Source: the human T2T-CHM13v2.0 reference genome, Homo sapiens. From it: a stretch of DNA of 64,000 nucleotides. Numbering within the stretch: position 1 is the stretch's first letter; each line of letters opens with the position of its first letter. Positions 1 through 14,869 of the stretch are shown piece by piece. The stretch lies in the NCBI RefSeq assembly GCF_009914755.1, contig NC_060934.1. One strand, written 5' to 3'. The notes beneath the pieces are model-generated. The model saw nothing but the letters and a program-made list of their open reading frames with translations. It did no database searches and was not told the origin of the DNA. A program made the position numbers and the translations under genes.

Positions 1-535
1 CTCTTCTCATGTGTTAATTAAAAGAGTTCAGAAACCTAAAATCTACAAAGCTTATTTTCCTCATATATCTCCTTAACTCTGAGAGGTTGTAATTTAAGAT
101 CACATTAAAATAGAAACCATTTAGAAGAGGGATCATGCCTTCTTTATTCTGTATAAGACACAGTTAATTCTGGGTTCTCAGAAAATAAATGATGATAAAA
201 CATCTCCTTTTACCAATTCACAAATAATTTCAAAGGACTCAGCCAAATCTGAAAACTCTCTGAGAGCGTAGATTTTTGCCTTCTACTTCTTTTATATCCC
301 TTATAGCATCTCTAGAATTCTGCTGATAGAGTGAGTGCCCAATAAGGTGAGAAGACAGAAGAGGGAAAGGAGCGTAGGAAGTAAAGGAAGAAAACAAAAG
401 GAGGAGAGATGAGGAAAGGAAGGATGAGAGGAGGAAAAGGAAGATAGAGCTGAATGAGTCACCTAGATCTTTTTAATTCCCCTCGTGGAACTCACTGAAA
501 GTTTTACATCTGACATTCAACTGACATTCTTCTAA

Positions 536-923
<388 letters not shown>

Positions 924-1099
924 TGACATTTTCATATAATTGTCCATAGGTATTTCTGAGATTGCCTAGGACATATAATATGTCCACCAGAGTACCTACA
1001 AAGAGTATATTCGTTTTTTCCTTTTAAAACTTTAAAATTTACACTGATAGATATTTGCTGTTTGCTTCTGAATGATAAGCTCTTAATGTCATAATGATG

Positions 1100-1300
1100 A
1101 TGATATCACTTTATATTTGTATAGTACTTTTTTGTTTATAAAATCTCCATCTGTTTTCTCACTTGACCCTCATAACAACCCTGTGAAGCAAGTAAGGTAG
1201 CTGGTATTAACTGTATTTCATATGTGAAAAAGACCAGCTGAAGTTCAGAGGGAACTATCCAAGGTCACACTGCTATATTCGTTTATTCTTCTGATCCTGA
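1100..1300 (-). mobile_element. MIR SINE fragment
   Basis: 'cctcataacaaccctgtgaag...ccaaggtcacactgcta' resembles the MIR core. Confidence 0.7.
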
Positions 1301-2960
1301 GACATTTTGCTTTTCTCTACTGATGAGTGTATGCTGCACTGCGTTGGACAACTTTATATGGAGCCCAACCTTTTCTTTTCACTGGAGTTTCCCATCCACT
1401 CTTATTTCTTCAGTTTTGTGGTTTGTCATTGTTTGTTTGTTGTTGTTGTTATTTTGTTTTGTTATTTAATGTAATGGCACAGGCAGATAAATTAAATTTT
1501 GTCTTTATGGCAACAATTTTATGGATTGACTCAGAAGCTACAGAATAGATTTGGAGAGTACCTATCATCCACAGCTTGCATGACTTCCAGTATTTAACAT
1601 TTCTCAACCAAAAAATTTAGGGTTTGACAATCAGTCTTTATTAAAAAAAAAAATCTAGAAGGTAGTACTTGAGAGTGGATGGCATCTGGCAAACTAGGAA
1701 GTAAAGACTTTAGGCAAATAGTCAATGAAATCGAGCAGACATTTTGAAAATAGAATGTAGTTATGTCAAACAGCATGTGCAATGAGAATTTTCCAGGCCG
1801 AGAAGGAAGTCAGAGATAACTGATACAACAAGCTAGTTCTACTTAAAAAAAAAAAAAAAAGTTCTTGGAGTTTATTTTCCCTTAATATTTAGCAAACTAT
1901 TTAGAACATTTAAAATCTAAAACGATTAAGGTCTTCTAGGAAAAATGGAAGCAGGCTAGTGAAGTCATTTTAGCATTTTTGAGGTTTCCTCCCAAGCATT
2001 CTACAAGTAATTACATTAGGAAGATAGGAAATCCCTGAGTAGACTATTAGTAGTTTAGTATTAAAATATCAAAATTAATGAGTCATTTTAACATTTTGGT
2101 GCAAGCATAAGGCAAAACTCAACTTTTTATTGTACCACATACTTAGAAATTAGAGTGCCTCAAAAATCAACAGCAATCATATCGCAACTCCCCACTAAGT
2201 GTTTTCTCTGTGCTTTCCATTAATAACATCAGACTAGCCCAGGAGTATATGTGGATGTAAGAGCACACTACGGTGAGTTCAAAAGGTGTGCTTTGCTGAT
2301 CTTTCTTTATGTCTCTCTACTGTTCAGCATAATCACCTCTTTTATTAGCTGATGACTTCTATCCAGGCCATTACTCCATAAGCTAAATATTAGCAGCTAT
2401 TTGAAAAGGTTCACTAATGTACCAAATATTCTTAAATAAAACATGAATTTACAGTTGAAATAAGAAGTTTCAACTAAACAATTAAAACAAATCCCAAATC
2501 CATTTGGAGGATATTAAGCAAATTTGTAAGCAAATAGGGTCATGGATATTTTGGAGCTGGTTCAGAGCAGGTTGATTGATAAATGGGGAAGACCTATAAA
2601 GAGAGGTTAAAGCAGTTGGCATTTGGGCATGGTTGAGGGTTGGTTTAGTTACTGTCTTAGGAAAAGCATGATAACCGGTGGGTACTCATCTACTTGAGTC
2701 AAGTATACACAAACACAAACATTATTTAAGCTATAGCACTTAAGATTTTGAATGTCACAAGTGAGTTTTAACATTGTATTATTTAAAACTTACGTAGGTT
2801 ACAAAAGAGAGGTTTGGGATGGCTTTTTCTCATTGCCTTTAAAAATAAATTTTAATTTTCCCAAAAGACTTAAGTGTGGCTCTACTAAAGCGTAAAACAA
2901 AAGATATTTTTACAAATTAACTTTTAACTCTGTGATTCTATATCAAAAACCAATCAATAC

Positions 2961-3148
2961 CTGTGATGTCCAATAGGGTAGCCACTAACCTCATGTACCT
3001 ATTTAACTTTAATTAAAATTAAAAGCACGGTTCCTCAATGACACTAAAAACCATTCTAAATAGACACGTGTGGCTACTGGACACTGCACTGGACAATCCA
3101 GATATAGAACAGCCCCATGGCTGGCCAAAGTTCTGTCAGACAACACTG
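2961..3148 (-). mobile_element. MER3 (hAT-Charlie MITE)
   Basis: 'ctgtgatgtccaatagggtagccacta...gtgtggctactgg...gatatagaac...aaagttctgtcagacaacactg' is colinear with the MER3 reverse complement. Confidence 0.8.
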
Positions 3149-3918
3149 ACCTATCCAAACATATTCCAAATCCTTCATAAATGCATTAAGATATTTGTGC
3201 CCTGTATTTCAAACACTTTGATAGGTAAATAAAATTAATTTTTTTCTAAAAAACAATCTTGTAATAATCATATAGAAGATGTATTTTAATCATCAAAATA
3301 ATCTGTTTTCAAAGTTTAGCTAAATTAATAACAAATAAGCTTGTGCTAAAGCACCAGTTGGATGGTTTACAAGGGAAGTCAGACATTCATTTATTGCATT
3401 TTTACACTTAGCAGCTTCACTTTAAAGCATTCTGCTCTACATAATGGTGCTCTGTTAAACAATGTTTAAAGTTAAGAAACATTTGAAGTCGAGTTCTAAA
3501 GCAATCTGCATATGCTATCATTTAATTTATAAACTTTTGAAGCACTTTTAAAAACCCTCTTAATTATAAAATTAATGAAATATTTAAATAGCTCACCAGT
3601 TAAAAATTTAGGCCCTGTTGTGAATTAAGGAATTAATCTTGAACTATATTTATACATTATGTGTATATAATATATTCACACCCACACAAAAAATATATAA
3701 ATACATAAATTAATACTGAAGTGCCCCAAAGGAGTGATTTTACATATTGTATATAATAATTTTATATATTTTTATGAAGATAAATATCTGATTTTGCATA
3801 TTTTCATGAAGATATTATGTAGATCAATATATTTGTTTATCACCATTATTATTTCTCCATAGAGATAATGAAGCTGAGGTAGAAGAGATAATTTAATCCA
3901 GAATATCAGAAAAGTACC

Positions 3919-4225
<307 letters not shown>

Positions 4226-5249
4226 CTTAGCTGTGTCACACACAGCCTCTGAACACACATTTTACCCCGTCATACTTGACTTCTGTTTTCACATGTTTGT
4301 AAAGAGTTTAAACTAGATGACTTCAAAAGTAACCTTTACTTAATAAAGTTGTATTATTCCAGGTATAAATAAAACCCTCTGATTTATATAAATTGATATA
4401 TATGTCTATATATAACAATACATTTGTCTAGGTCCTTTCCTAGTAAAACTGTTCAACATCAAATGAGGTAGAAATTCACAGGTTTTAAATTTTTCAGTAA
4501 CAGAGAAGGGAAAAAATGCAAGAAGTCAAGTGGTTTGCAGATGATAGAAAAAATCAGTGTCAGATCTAAGAATATCATTCTTCGTCTTCACTTCTGGCTA
4601 CATTATCCCTTTCTACTATACATTGTGCTTATCACTAATGTATTGAATTAACATGAGCTCACTTCAAAGATTTTCAAGAAAATTTATCATTTTCCTGATA
4701 ATTAAAAAGGAATACTGCCAAGTAATGTCACTAAAAGACTGACAGGGACTACTTAGGACCTTTAAGAGGACATAATGTAACAGCACTTTTGCAGAAGTCA
4801 GGTTATTAGAACTTAAGTGTTGGAGGTTTGAAATACGCCCATCAACCTGGTAACAAAACTGTCAGAATTAACAAATTGAAATACGCACTTTGAGTAGACT
4901 AGGACCTTAGTTTCCGCTCAAAGATAATGTAATTCTTGTGTTAAAGATCTAAGAAATGAGTGTGAATTACTCTGTTCTTAGAGTTCTGCAATGTCACAAG
5001 ATCATAAAATCCTGAATCAAGAAGGACAGATCAGAGGTCATTTTGAGCAGCCTCTTTTATTGGGCCACAAAACATGCTTATCCCCATGCAATAATGGCAT
5101 TCTAATTCCAGTCTTTATCAATAGTAACAATAACTTTAGCAATTACTTTTTAATCTCAGAATTCTAGAAATCTGAGTTCTAACAAAAACACGGTGTATAT
5201 AAAATGGTTTATGGCCATGCATAATTTGTCTGCCTTCTTTTCCAGTAAA

Positions 5250-5455
5250 ATGAGGTAGGTCATGTACATTTCATATTTTAGCTCATGAAATCTTCACCAT
5301 TTTCCCACAAGGTTTGTTTCCACTTTATATGTGAGAACCTGAGGCCTAGAAAAAATATACAACTTGCCCATGGACACACAACTAGCAACTGGTTATCAGC
5401 CAAGATTTAAGTCCTCTACTTTGACTCCAGAACTGACATTTTTTATATTGTGCTT
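5250..5455 (-). mobile_element. MIR SINE fragment
   Basis: 'gagaacctgaggcctaga...aacttgcccatggacacacaactagc...tgactccaga' is MIR-like. Confidence 0.7.
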
Positions 5456-6739
5456 CATTGCTTTTTTTTTGTTTGTTTCCAGAACAAGGGTTACCTATGC
5501 AGAGGTAACTGACATATGAAAACTATCCTTAGAAAGAAATCAAGTAAAGTAAATTTGCCTACTTTCCTCAATAGCCCATTTCGCCTCCAATAAAATCATA
5601 TTTAACGGGTTGATTTCCAAAGTATGAGTTTGTTTTACAAAATTTAAGAGGAGGAAAAAAAGAATATGGGTGGGATTTGTGGAGGTCCTGCTATAGTTAA
5701 TGAGAAGATATCACAAATCAGGTAAAAATACTCTCTACAGATTTCTTTTATGTTTGCCTCACATACTGCCAGGTATTAAGCATCAGACAGATGTTATTGA
5801 TGTAATTTCTACAGTTACAATTTTTCACTTGAAATTCAAAGGTAGTTAACAGAACATTATTCAAATTGAATCTGTATCATGTTTAAGGCTTCTAGCTTCA
5901 TTATATAATATCCTGTGTAAAAGAAGCCAAATAATAAAATGTCTTTGATGTCAACAAAAGCAATTTTCCTTTTTTTATGTGTTCTCAGTTCAATTAGCTC
6001 CCCTATCAGACCACACTGAATCCTTGGCTCTCAGTTACTAACATACAAGCTTTTCAGCTGTATATTAAAACAACTAAGGTTTTGGTACTGCATAATGACA
6101 TTTTCTATTTAATTTTCAGCACACCATGGAATCTGAAGTGATTCAGAATGGCTGGCTTTTGAAATTCCTTTGAACTAAATAAAGCACCTTCATTTTTACT
6201 TGAATTATTTTACAGTACTTTTACCAATGCCTAAAGGAACAAAGATAACAGCTATTTTTTTCCAGGAGGATTTTGGAAACTCGAAATTCTTAAAAGAACT
6301 ATTTTAACAAAAATAAATTGAAGGAAACCGACTGATTTTAATTTTAGAGATTATTGCTTTCAAATATATGATCTTCAAGTCCTCTTGAATTTTGAGCTAT
6401 TTTGAAATCAAGTTCTATTTGTATAAGGCTTTCTCTCTGAGGCAAAGTGTTATGTGAGGGTGCTTTCCAGCATTCAAAAGCATTATATCTCAGGTCTTAA
6501 CCATATTTCCACATGTGCACATCTTCCATCAAACTGTGGCTCATAGCACAGTTATGCAACACAAATCTCGATGCTTCTCTCCCATCAATTTTTGAGGAAA
6601 TTTTTGAAGAGTTCCCCAAATCAGATTATTATCTATGTATCAATACTTGGTCAGAAAAAATTCACCTGAAAACCATTACTGTATACTGTACCAATACACG
6701 ATGTAAATAAAAGTTGAGTGCAGTAGACATAGTTCACTT

Positions 6740-6966
6740 CTACTACTTATAACACACATAGTGCCTAATATGTGCCGAGCACTGTTCTAACTACATATTG
6801 TAACTCATTTAATCCTCACAACAACCCTATGAAGTTAGTACTATTATTTTCCCCATTTTAAAGAGAAGAATACTGAGGTACAGACAGATCCTAAATGGTG
6901 GAACTCAGATTCAAACCCAAGTAGCCCACTTCTAGAATCTGCATAAGTAACTTTTACTGTATAGTG
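6740..6966 (-). mobile_element. MIR SINE
   Basis: 'aactcatttaatcctcacaacaaccctatgaag...ccccatttt' is a near-consensus MIR core; its 5' end is hit by the adjacent Alu. Confidence 0.9.
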
Positions 6967-7266
6967 TTTCTTTTTGTTTTTTTTGGACGAAGTCTCACTC
7001 TGTCGCCCAGGCTGGAGTGCAGTGGTGCGATCTCAGCTCACCGCAACCTCTGCCTCCCGGGTTCAAGCAATTCTGCCTCACTCAGCCTCCCTAATAGCTG
7101 GGATTACAGGCTTGCGCTACCACACCTAGCTAATTTTTGTATTTTTAATAGAGACCAGGTTTCCCCATGTTGGCCAGGCTGGTCTCAAATGCCTTACCTC
7201 AAGAGATCCGCCTGCCTCGGCCTTCCAACGTGCTGAGACTACAGGCGTGAGCCACCGCGCCCGGCC
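6967..7266 (-). mobile_element. Alu SINE (AluS)
   Basis: Full Alu; decayed TSD tatagtgtttctt / tatactgcttctt. Confidence 0.95.
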
Positions 7267-7454
7267 TATACTGCTTCTTAAAAGGAAAAATAAGCTGACA
7301 CATTGTTAGAACTGCAGCCAAACCAGTGCTTTTAATTACCTAACTAGTGCCAATGGACTAGTTTCCTATCCTTTACCATCCTGTACTATCCTTTGCCTGG
7401 TTGCCAGGGCAACCGGGATCACTTTCTTTAACCACACTGGAGCTTATTCTGTGT

Positions 7455-7487
7455 AATCATTTGCCAAGCAATCATTTGCCAAGCAAT
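7455..7487. repeat. Perfect 15-bp tandem duplication
   Basis: aatcatttgccaagc x2 followed by aat. Confidence 0.9.
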
Positions 7488-7606
7488 AATTTATTCAGTC
7501 ATTCAACAAGCACAAATCAAGTGCCTTTTATGTGCCTCACACTTGTAAGTGATGAGGATACAATGCCCAATAAAATGTTCTGGTTGCCCTCAAGAAGCTG
7601 ATATTC
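7488..7606 (-). mobile_element. L2 LINE 3' end fragment
   Basis: 'ttattcagtcattcaacaagcac...gccctcaagaagctgatattc' is a typical antisense L2 tail. Confidence 0.65.
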
Positions 7607-7749
7607 CTTCTTGCAATACTTCTATGTTGGTTTATGATCTATCACATCTTCTAGTGTCCAGTGCCTATACTCTCTAGTGTCTTAGGCTCTCCCTTTCTGG
7701 TTCCTGGGTATTGTCATCATTTCAATCTCCTACCCTCCATTAACACATT

Positions 7750-8430
7750 TATATTATCCTTTCCACTCCTTCAATGCCATCATCCAAATTCAGGTCTTTA
7801 CTAATAACCTACAAATAAATTACAAGAATGGCCGTGTGTTCTGTTCTCCTTACACCTAATCTTTCTCAAACGAACTTATTTAACCACATCACCACCCTCC
7901 TACTCAGATGCAAAAACTGACTCTCTAGTGGCTGTATAATAAGTAAATCTCTTTCATGTAATATTAAATACTGTTTACAATTTGACCCCCAACCTACCAT
8001 ATCAGTCTTGCCTCCTACCATTTGCTTCAGATGCACTCCAGTCTAATAAAATATATCTATTTGCAGTTCCCTGCTTACCATTTGATCATGTTGACATATC
8101 TCTTGGCAATGCTATTTCTTCTGGCCTTCTTACTGCCTGAAATATGCCCACCTATGTCTATACTAGGAACTCTTGGAAGGCCCCGTTCAGAAGTCACTTA
8201 TTTCAAGAAGCCCTTATTGAGGTCACCAGTTAGAAGTGCTCACTGTATTTTATGAATACTGATAGCTCCGCATAGCCCAATCTAATATTCACCTGTATTG
8301 AATTATCTGTGCATATTACCTCTGCTAGACTGTCCTATTCCTTGCTGATACCAAGTACAAGTTCCTTACCCATATGAATATATAGATATGTATAGCATAG
8401 TGCTCTGCATATAGAGTATCTATATATATA
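7750..8430 (+). mobile_element. L2 LINE 3' region
   Basis: Pyrimidine-rich degenerate L2 motifs ending 'agcatagtgctctgcatatagag'. Confidence 0.6.
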
Positions 8431-9328
8431 GTCAAATTAAGTAAAACTATGATTTAAAAATATGCTGCAAGTCACTAGATTTCTTAAGAATTGCATATAA
8501 CATCATCATATTTACTGTTGTCAAAATATAATGTTGAGAATGATTCAGAAGGGACCAAAACTGAAGCTAAGGAGTTTGGAATGACTTTATATTTATATGC
8601 GTTATTTAAAGTTAAGTTCCTTTGAAGTTGTTGCTCTTGTAGATGTTGGTATTTTTTTTTAATTTTGAAGTTGGGGATCAGGGAGAAAGTAAAGAATATA
8701 GGAGAAAGTTTACTTGTTTTTTAATGTGAATCAGTAAATTCTAACTCGGAGAACTTTTTGACACACAATTCCAAAAACCCTATCAGAAGCTTTGACAAGA
8801 GAAGCAGAAATATAAGGAAAATTTAAAAAGCCCAAGAAATGCTATCAGTTCACCTCCCTCAGTACTCAAAATTCAATCTTTCAATCAAATTAGGCAATAG
8901 ACCTGAACCACATCAGCTGAGTACATCACAGAAATGCTTTCACTGTATTGAGCTTTAATGTTATTCTTATAGCTTTTATCAACATTTGCTTTAAAAAAAA
9001 TCCATAGCTGAAGCATGCGTCTGCATTTTACAAAGAAACTGTCCAGTACATTATTCTATATTCCCTATTTAGTAGCCAACATTAGAATTTTAATTCAAGT
9101 TATGCTTTCACTTTCTCCTTTCTGAAAACTAGAACTAGACAACTTTTCTTGCTTTTCTTTTTTGACAAAAACAATGCTTTAATAAAACATGGATACAGAA
9201 TTAGAGCAATTATGTTAACAGTATGGCTACTGAATTTGCATCTTCTAACCTCTTTAGGCATGACCTTATTTCTATTAGAGATATTAGACCTTAGTAGAGA
9301 TAGTCTCAATTATAATTGTTTTACATAA

Positions 9329-9852
<524 letters not shown>

Positions 9853-9907
9853 AGGGGTTTTATTTTTAAGAGTATACTTTTTAAAGGATAAATATCGAGG
9901 CTGTGCC

Positions 9908-10330
9908 CATTCATTTGTTTATTTATGCAATAAATATTATCTTTTTTCAATTCTAGAGATACAACAGTGAGCAGAGACAAAAGTTTCTTCCCTCAAAACA
10001 CATATAATTCTAACTCTGGGAAATGAATATTAAAGTAGGATAAAAGCAAAATATATAAAACATTGGATAAAAATTGTGAAAAAAAATAATAATGCATAAA
10101 AGAGGAAGGAAAGGGTAGTTGTTTTAAATAGGAGGAAATGATACTTGGTTGACAACCCAAAGGGAGTGACTCATTCATCTATTTGAGATGCAGGCGATCT
10201 AGTCATTAAGTACAGAGACCTTGGGTGTTCCGGGGCTACCTGGAGACCAAATGGTTGGAGTGAAGTGAGCAAGGAAGAGAGGCATTTGACTGGGTGAGGA
10301 TCTTGGAGTTTATTATAAGGACTTTACATT
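9908..10330 (-). mobile_element. L2 LINE fragment
   Basis: 'cattcatttgtttatttatgcaataaatatt...ctagagatacaacagtgagcagagaca' L2 tail followed by purine-rich L2 body. Confidence 0.6.
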
Positions 10331-10489
10331 TGACTCATTAAACAAGTAGAGAGATGTTCACACATCTCAACTAATAGTAATAGGTAATTTTTAAATGATG
10401 TTTACTTGTAAGTAATGTGTCAGTAAGCATCAGCAAAAAATGTTACTTTAGAGATATTTAATCATTTAGTTTAATGCCATCCTTTCTCT

Positions 10490-11250
10490 TCTTTCATGTA
10501 CTCAGCAAAATCATATTCAGCAGTTACTATGTGGCAACACTATGTGGCAACAATGGAAATCTAAAAAAAAAAAAGAAAAAAGAAAAAAAAAACATAATTC
10601 CAAACCTCAAAGAAATGTCTCTCAAGTGGCAGAGATAAGTATTAATTATTAAAATTTCTTTTCTTTAGCTTTTAGGTAAGGGAAACTATATAAGATGTTT
10701 AGGTAGAGGAGTGATCATCATATCTGCATTTCAGGTAGATTCACATGTAGAAGAGATTTGAATGAAGCATGACTGGATGCAAGGAGATGAATTAGAAAGC
10801 TGTGAAAAATGATGAAAACCTGAACTAAGACACTAACAGAGGGTGAGGAACTAAGTAGAAAGTTACAATCCATTTTTAGAATGGAGTATTGACAGGACTT
10901 TATGACTAAATAGGTGTAGGTGGTGTGAGAGGAGGAGGAATCAAGAATAACTCCCAATTTTTAACTTGAACAAATACATGGATGGTAGTTACAGTCAGTG
11001 AGTTCAGCTTAGGACAATTTGAGATGTATTGGTAAATTATGATTAGCTGACAGTTGATATTATGGAAACCCAGAGAGGTTGATAGATTTAAAAGAAGGTC
11101 CAGGACAGAAACCCAGGAATACCAACATTCAAACAGGAGGCAGAGAAATAATTGTTCATTAAGGGGATTAACATGAATAAACAGAAAAAAATTCATGTAA
11201 GCCATAGGAGACGAGAGATTTTACATCTAATAATATTGTTGACTGTGTCC
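10490..11250 (-). mobile_element. L2 LINE fragment
   Basis: 'gaggaatcaagaataactcccaatttttaacttgaacaa...tgagttcagcttaggaca' L2 motifs. Confidence 0.7.
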
Positions 11251-14200
11251 ACCTGTAGTGGCAAACTTGATGTGATTATTTATTTCGATTTAATAGTACT
11301 GTTTATATGAGTATTGTAGAGCAAGCATTTCAGAGCAAGTTATTATATTTATAAAGATTATCTGAAATTCAGTTGGATAATCCTCCTGAATTTAAAATAT
11401 ATTGTATTATTTTATTGTTGTTGTTGATTAGCCATTCTAAAAAAATCTATCCTCCTAAAATAAAAATGCATTGTAAAATTATTTCCTTCAGTCCTTCAAA
11501 TGTAGTCACTTCAATGTGCTTTTAATATTTTAGTTTACTTAAGTCACTATATGTCAATTAATATCATTTATGAGGAAAGAAATAGCAGTGCTACAAAGAA
11601 ACAAAAATACGTACTATAAGAAGATGAAAATATATGTCCATTAATTAGAAAATCCTAGGCTACTGTGTGAGCTCAGGAAAAGGACAACTCATTTATGAAA
11701 ATGAGGTTGATATATATTCTGATATCATGGAAATTTCAATGGATTATAAAATCAGTGGAAGCTCAATGCTTTGAAGAATACATTAAATGTGCATAATAGC
11801 AGCTAGTATATTTTTGTTATCTGGTCTTTCAACCAAGTACTTGTCAACCAAGAATTGCTTACAAAATTTTCCTATCAATTCCTAAGGTGAAACAATTAAC
11901 AGGGTTAACTGTCCAAAATCATTAGTCAGGTCATTGGCAGAACCAGGAGTTCAATATGAGATATTTTTTAAATGTCTCTCTTTATATTGTCTGATACTTA
12001 AAATCTTTAAAAGTAAATGCATAAAATGAAAACATCAATATGTCTTTATATATTATGTTATAATAATACATACAAATTTAGTAGAAAGGAACAAATTAAC
12101 TATAAAATCCAGATAACTTGTAGCATATATAAAAAATAGTCTTTTGAGAAGATTCATGATAGATATTAATTTTTCAGGCATAATCAAGAATTGGAATCCA
12201 AACAGTAGAAAATTCGTGTTAGAAAGGACTTGAGGTTGCTATATCAGCAGATATGTTCTCCTTTATTTTTACAGTTTCTACCTGTCATTTGCTCTATAAT
12301 AATACATGAACAAATGCCTCACACTGAGATTACTATGAAACCATAAGCTATACTGTTACCATACTTAACATTATAACCAAAATTACAACTTCACAAACTG
12401 TAACTCGAGGAAAATTACAGGTTATACCAAGTGTAGCAGATGTATAGAACTGTAGCAGCTGTTAGAAATCCTGAATATTATACCTTATGAAATTATATTT
12501 CCAGTTAACATAAATGCTAAAATAAGTTATTTATTCTAAGAAGTTTTTTCTGGAGACAAACATTTCCCTGTGCAGCAGAAAAAGCCTAGTATTAGAAAAG
12601 CCTGCTCTTACAAGTACATTCGAATGTTCAGAAATTCAAATGAAGCATATGTTGTCAATTAATCCAAGTATATAATAATTTTTAAATTATGCCTCTATTT
12701 ACCTATGGGTGATGCATAATAATTTATTAGGAGAGTTGTTGATACTTTTTTTGTTTAAAAAATAATTATTAGATAACTAGCTCAGCATCATAGAGAACTA
12801 ATATCTAGAGGTTAGAGGTGAAAATTAGTAAAGGGACCAGAAAAATTAAAAATCATGACAGAACACCAGCATTATGTAAACAGTTAAGTAAATCAGGATT
12901 AAGAACCATCCCAAAAATGCACCTGCAAAATCGAAACAAGCAAGTAGATTGTTTAGATCTACTTGCTTAGTCCACTGCTTCAGAAATCAGCACTGCTTTG
13001 TTTAAAAGATAATTATTGATTGCTATGTTATATAATAATCTTCCAAGACCGTTACAGATTAATCTGAATACCTATGACCTCAATCTGAATTTCTATGTCT
13101 TAGAAGTTTTGGAGATAGCCAACCCACCAATCTGTCATAAAGCATATTAGCTGTCTGGGGGTTACCAGTTCCTCAGGAATGTCACCCTGTCCTGTCCTCT
13201 CCATGTGCTGATCATGAGGAGGGTTAGTGACACTCCACACCCATTCATCTCTCTCTTTTTTTTGGTAGTGTAATGAGTACAGCAATCATTCTAGCAGTAT
13301 TTGCTATGACAACATCATTCAGCCCCAACTTATGCCAAAAATGTGCATGTTAAGTGAAGGGAAACAAGCTCTAATGGTGCCCTTTAATGTTCTGAAGACA
13401 CAGGTGTTCTCTGTGAACTTGACATTTGCTCGGTCTACATCTGATCCTAAGGGTTCCAGATAAGATGAATTACTGTGTGAAAGTCCTCAGGCATTTTCTC
13501 ACAGATAAATAGCATGAAATTTTGTGATGGAGAGAGAACAACCTCAGTAGTAACTAGGTAAAGATTGTACTGGTTCCCCAGTTGATAATGGGAGCCACTG
13601 CACAAAGGTCAAACAATTTGGATGCAAAGTATCCAATTTGTCATCACAAATTGGATTTGAGAGTGCCATGAAAATGATGAGCCAGCACACTGCTTCTACC
13701 CCATGGTGACATTTACTCTCTCTTACCCACTCTCCCTTAGTTCTTATGGATTCTTCTGAAAATATAAGATGGAATTTTTTTCTAGATGGATTAGAGAAAA
13801 TATGTGTCTATATTTTTTAAACAGTATACAATGGTGACATTATTAAGATGATGACACTGATGGTGATGCAAATTAAAACCCCTGAGAATCTTCACTAGAT
13901 GCAGTAATAAAAAGGTTAACCAAGATGTCAGGAAAAAATGCATCCTGAAATATCAGCGTAAAAGCAGAATCCATTCTCTGTGGTATTTTTAAAATTATAC
14001 CACATGATGTTAAATTATAAGCACACATCAGTTCAACCTAGCAAACTTTCATTGAACAACTATGACATACACCAAAGAGACAAAGATAAAAAAGACCTTG
14101 ACTGACCCTTCAAGGAGCTTGCAATCCTTTTTAAGTGGCAAACATTTATGCCACTAATAAGGTGATATAAGCATTTTATACTTTTTTTTAGATTTAGAAA

Positions 14201-14869
14201 TATTACAGTAGGAGAAAAAGCAGATCTTTTTACACACACAAAGAAAACACTTAGAATTGTACTGATAATAAGATTAGTGTTATTTGGTCCATAGAGATGC
14301 CAAGGTATGTCAGTTGTCTCACTGAGAACTAGGGAATTCAGCCAAAAATGGTTCCTGATCATGTTCTGCCAGAGCAAATAGTACTGAAGAAAATCAAACT
14401 TGTCAGAATAGATTTTCTGAGATGTGATGAGCTAGTGTTAGAATGTGAACCAACTAGTGCTTGAATGTTGAACTATGCTTCCAGCCTTATGGAGAGTTAA
14501 GGCTCCCCAAGCTGCCCAAGGGGCCTTCGTGATACCTGTTTTGTTACTATAAATAATAGAGGTTACTTAGTGAATGCCAAAAGTGATCTAAACATTCATT
14601 AGTATTAACTGTATACCTATGTTGCAAATATCACCAGAAAAGATATTGGAAAGGTAATCACCATCAATTCTTATATTCCTAAAGCTTTCTTCCAGTCCTC
14701 TTTTTCTCCTTTCATGAAATAGTTTTCAGACGCAGTTTGGAAAACAAGTATAGTAATTGACTGGCTCATAAAAGCAATGGAAATTAAATTCCAGCTGTAT
14801 TGTCATTTTCAAACTCATGTTTTTGGCTACCTCATACCTCTAAAGCATTAAAATTGGCATGTGTCTATT

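Noticed and set aside
345-450. Purine-rich GA tract as H-DNA or regulatory element
   Set aside because: Low-complexity without a clear mirror repeat; probably repeat-tail derived
2233-2272. TSPGVYVDVRAHY similarity to the trypsin-family PGVY motif
   Set aside because: Too short, lacks the downstream WI and any GDSGG context, and no companion exons were seen
11243-11266. CTCF-like 'ccacctgtagtggc'
   Set aside because: Does not fit core motif spacing on either strand
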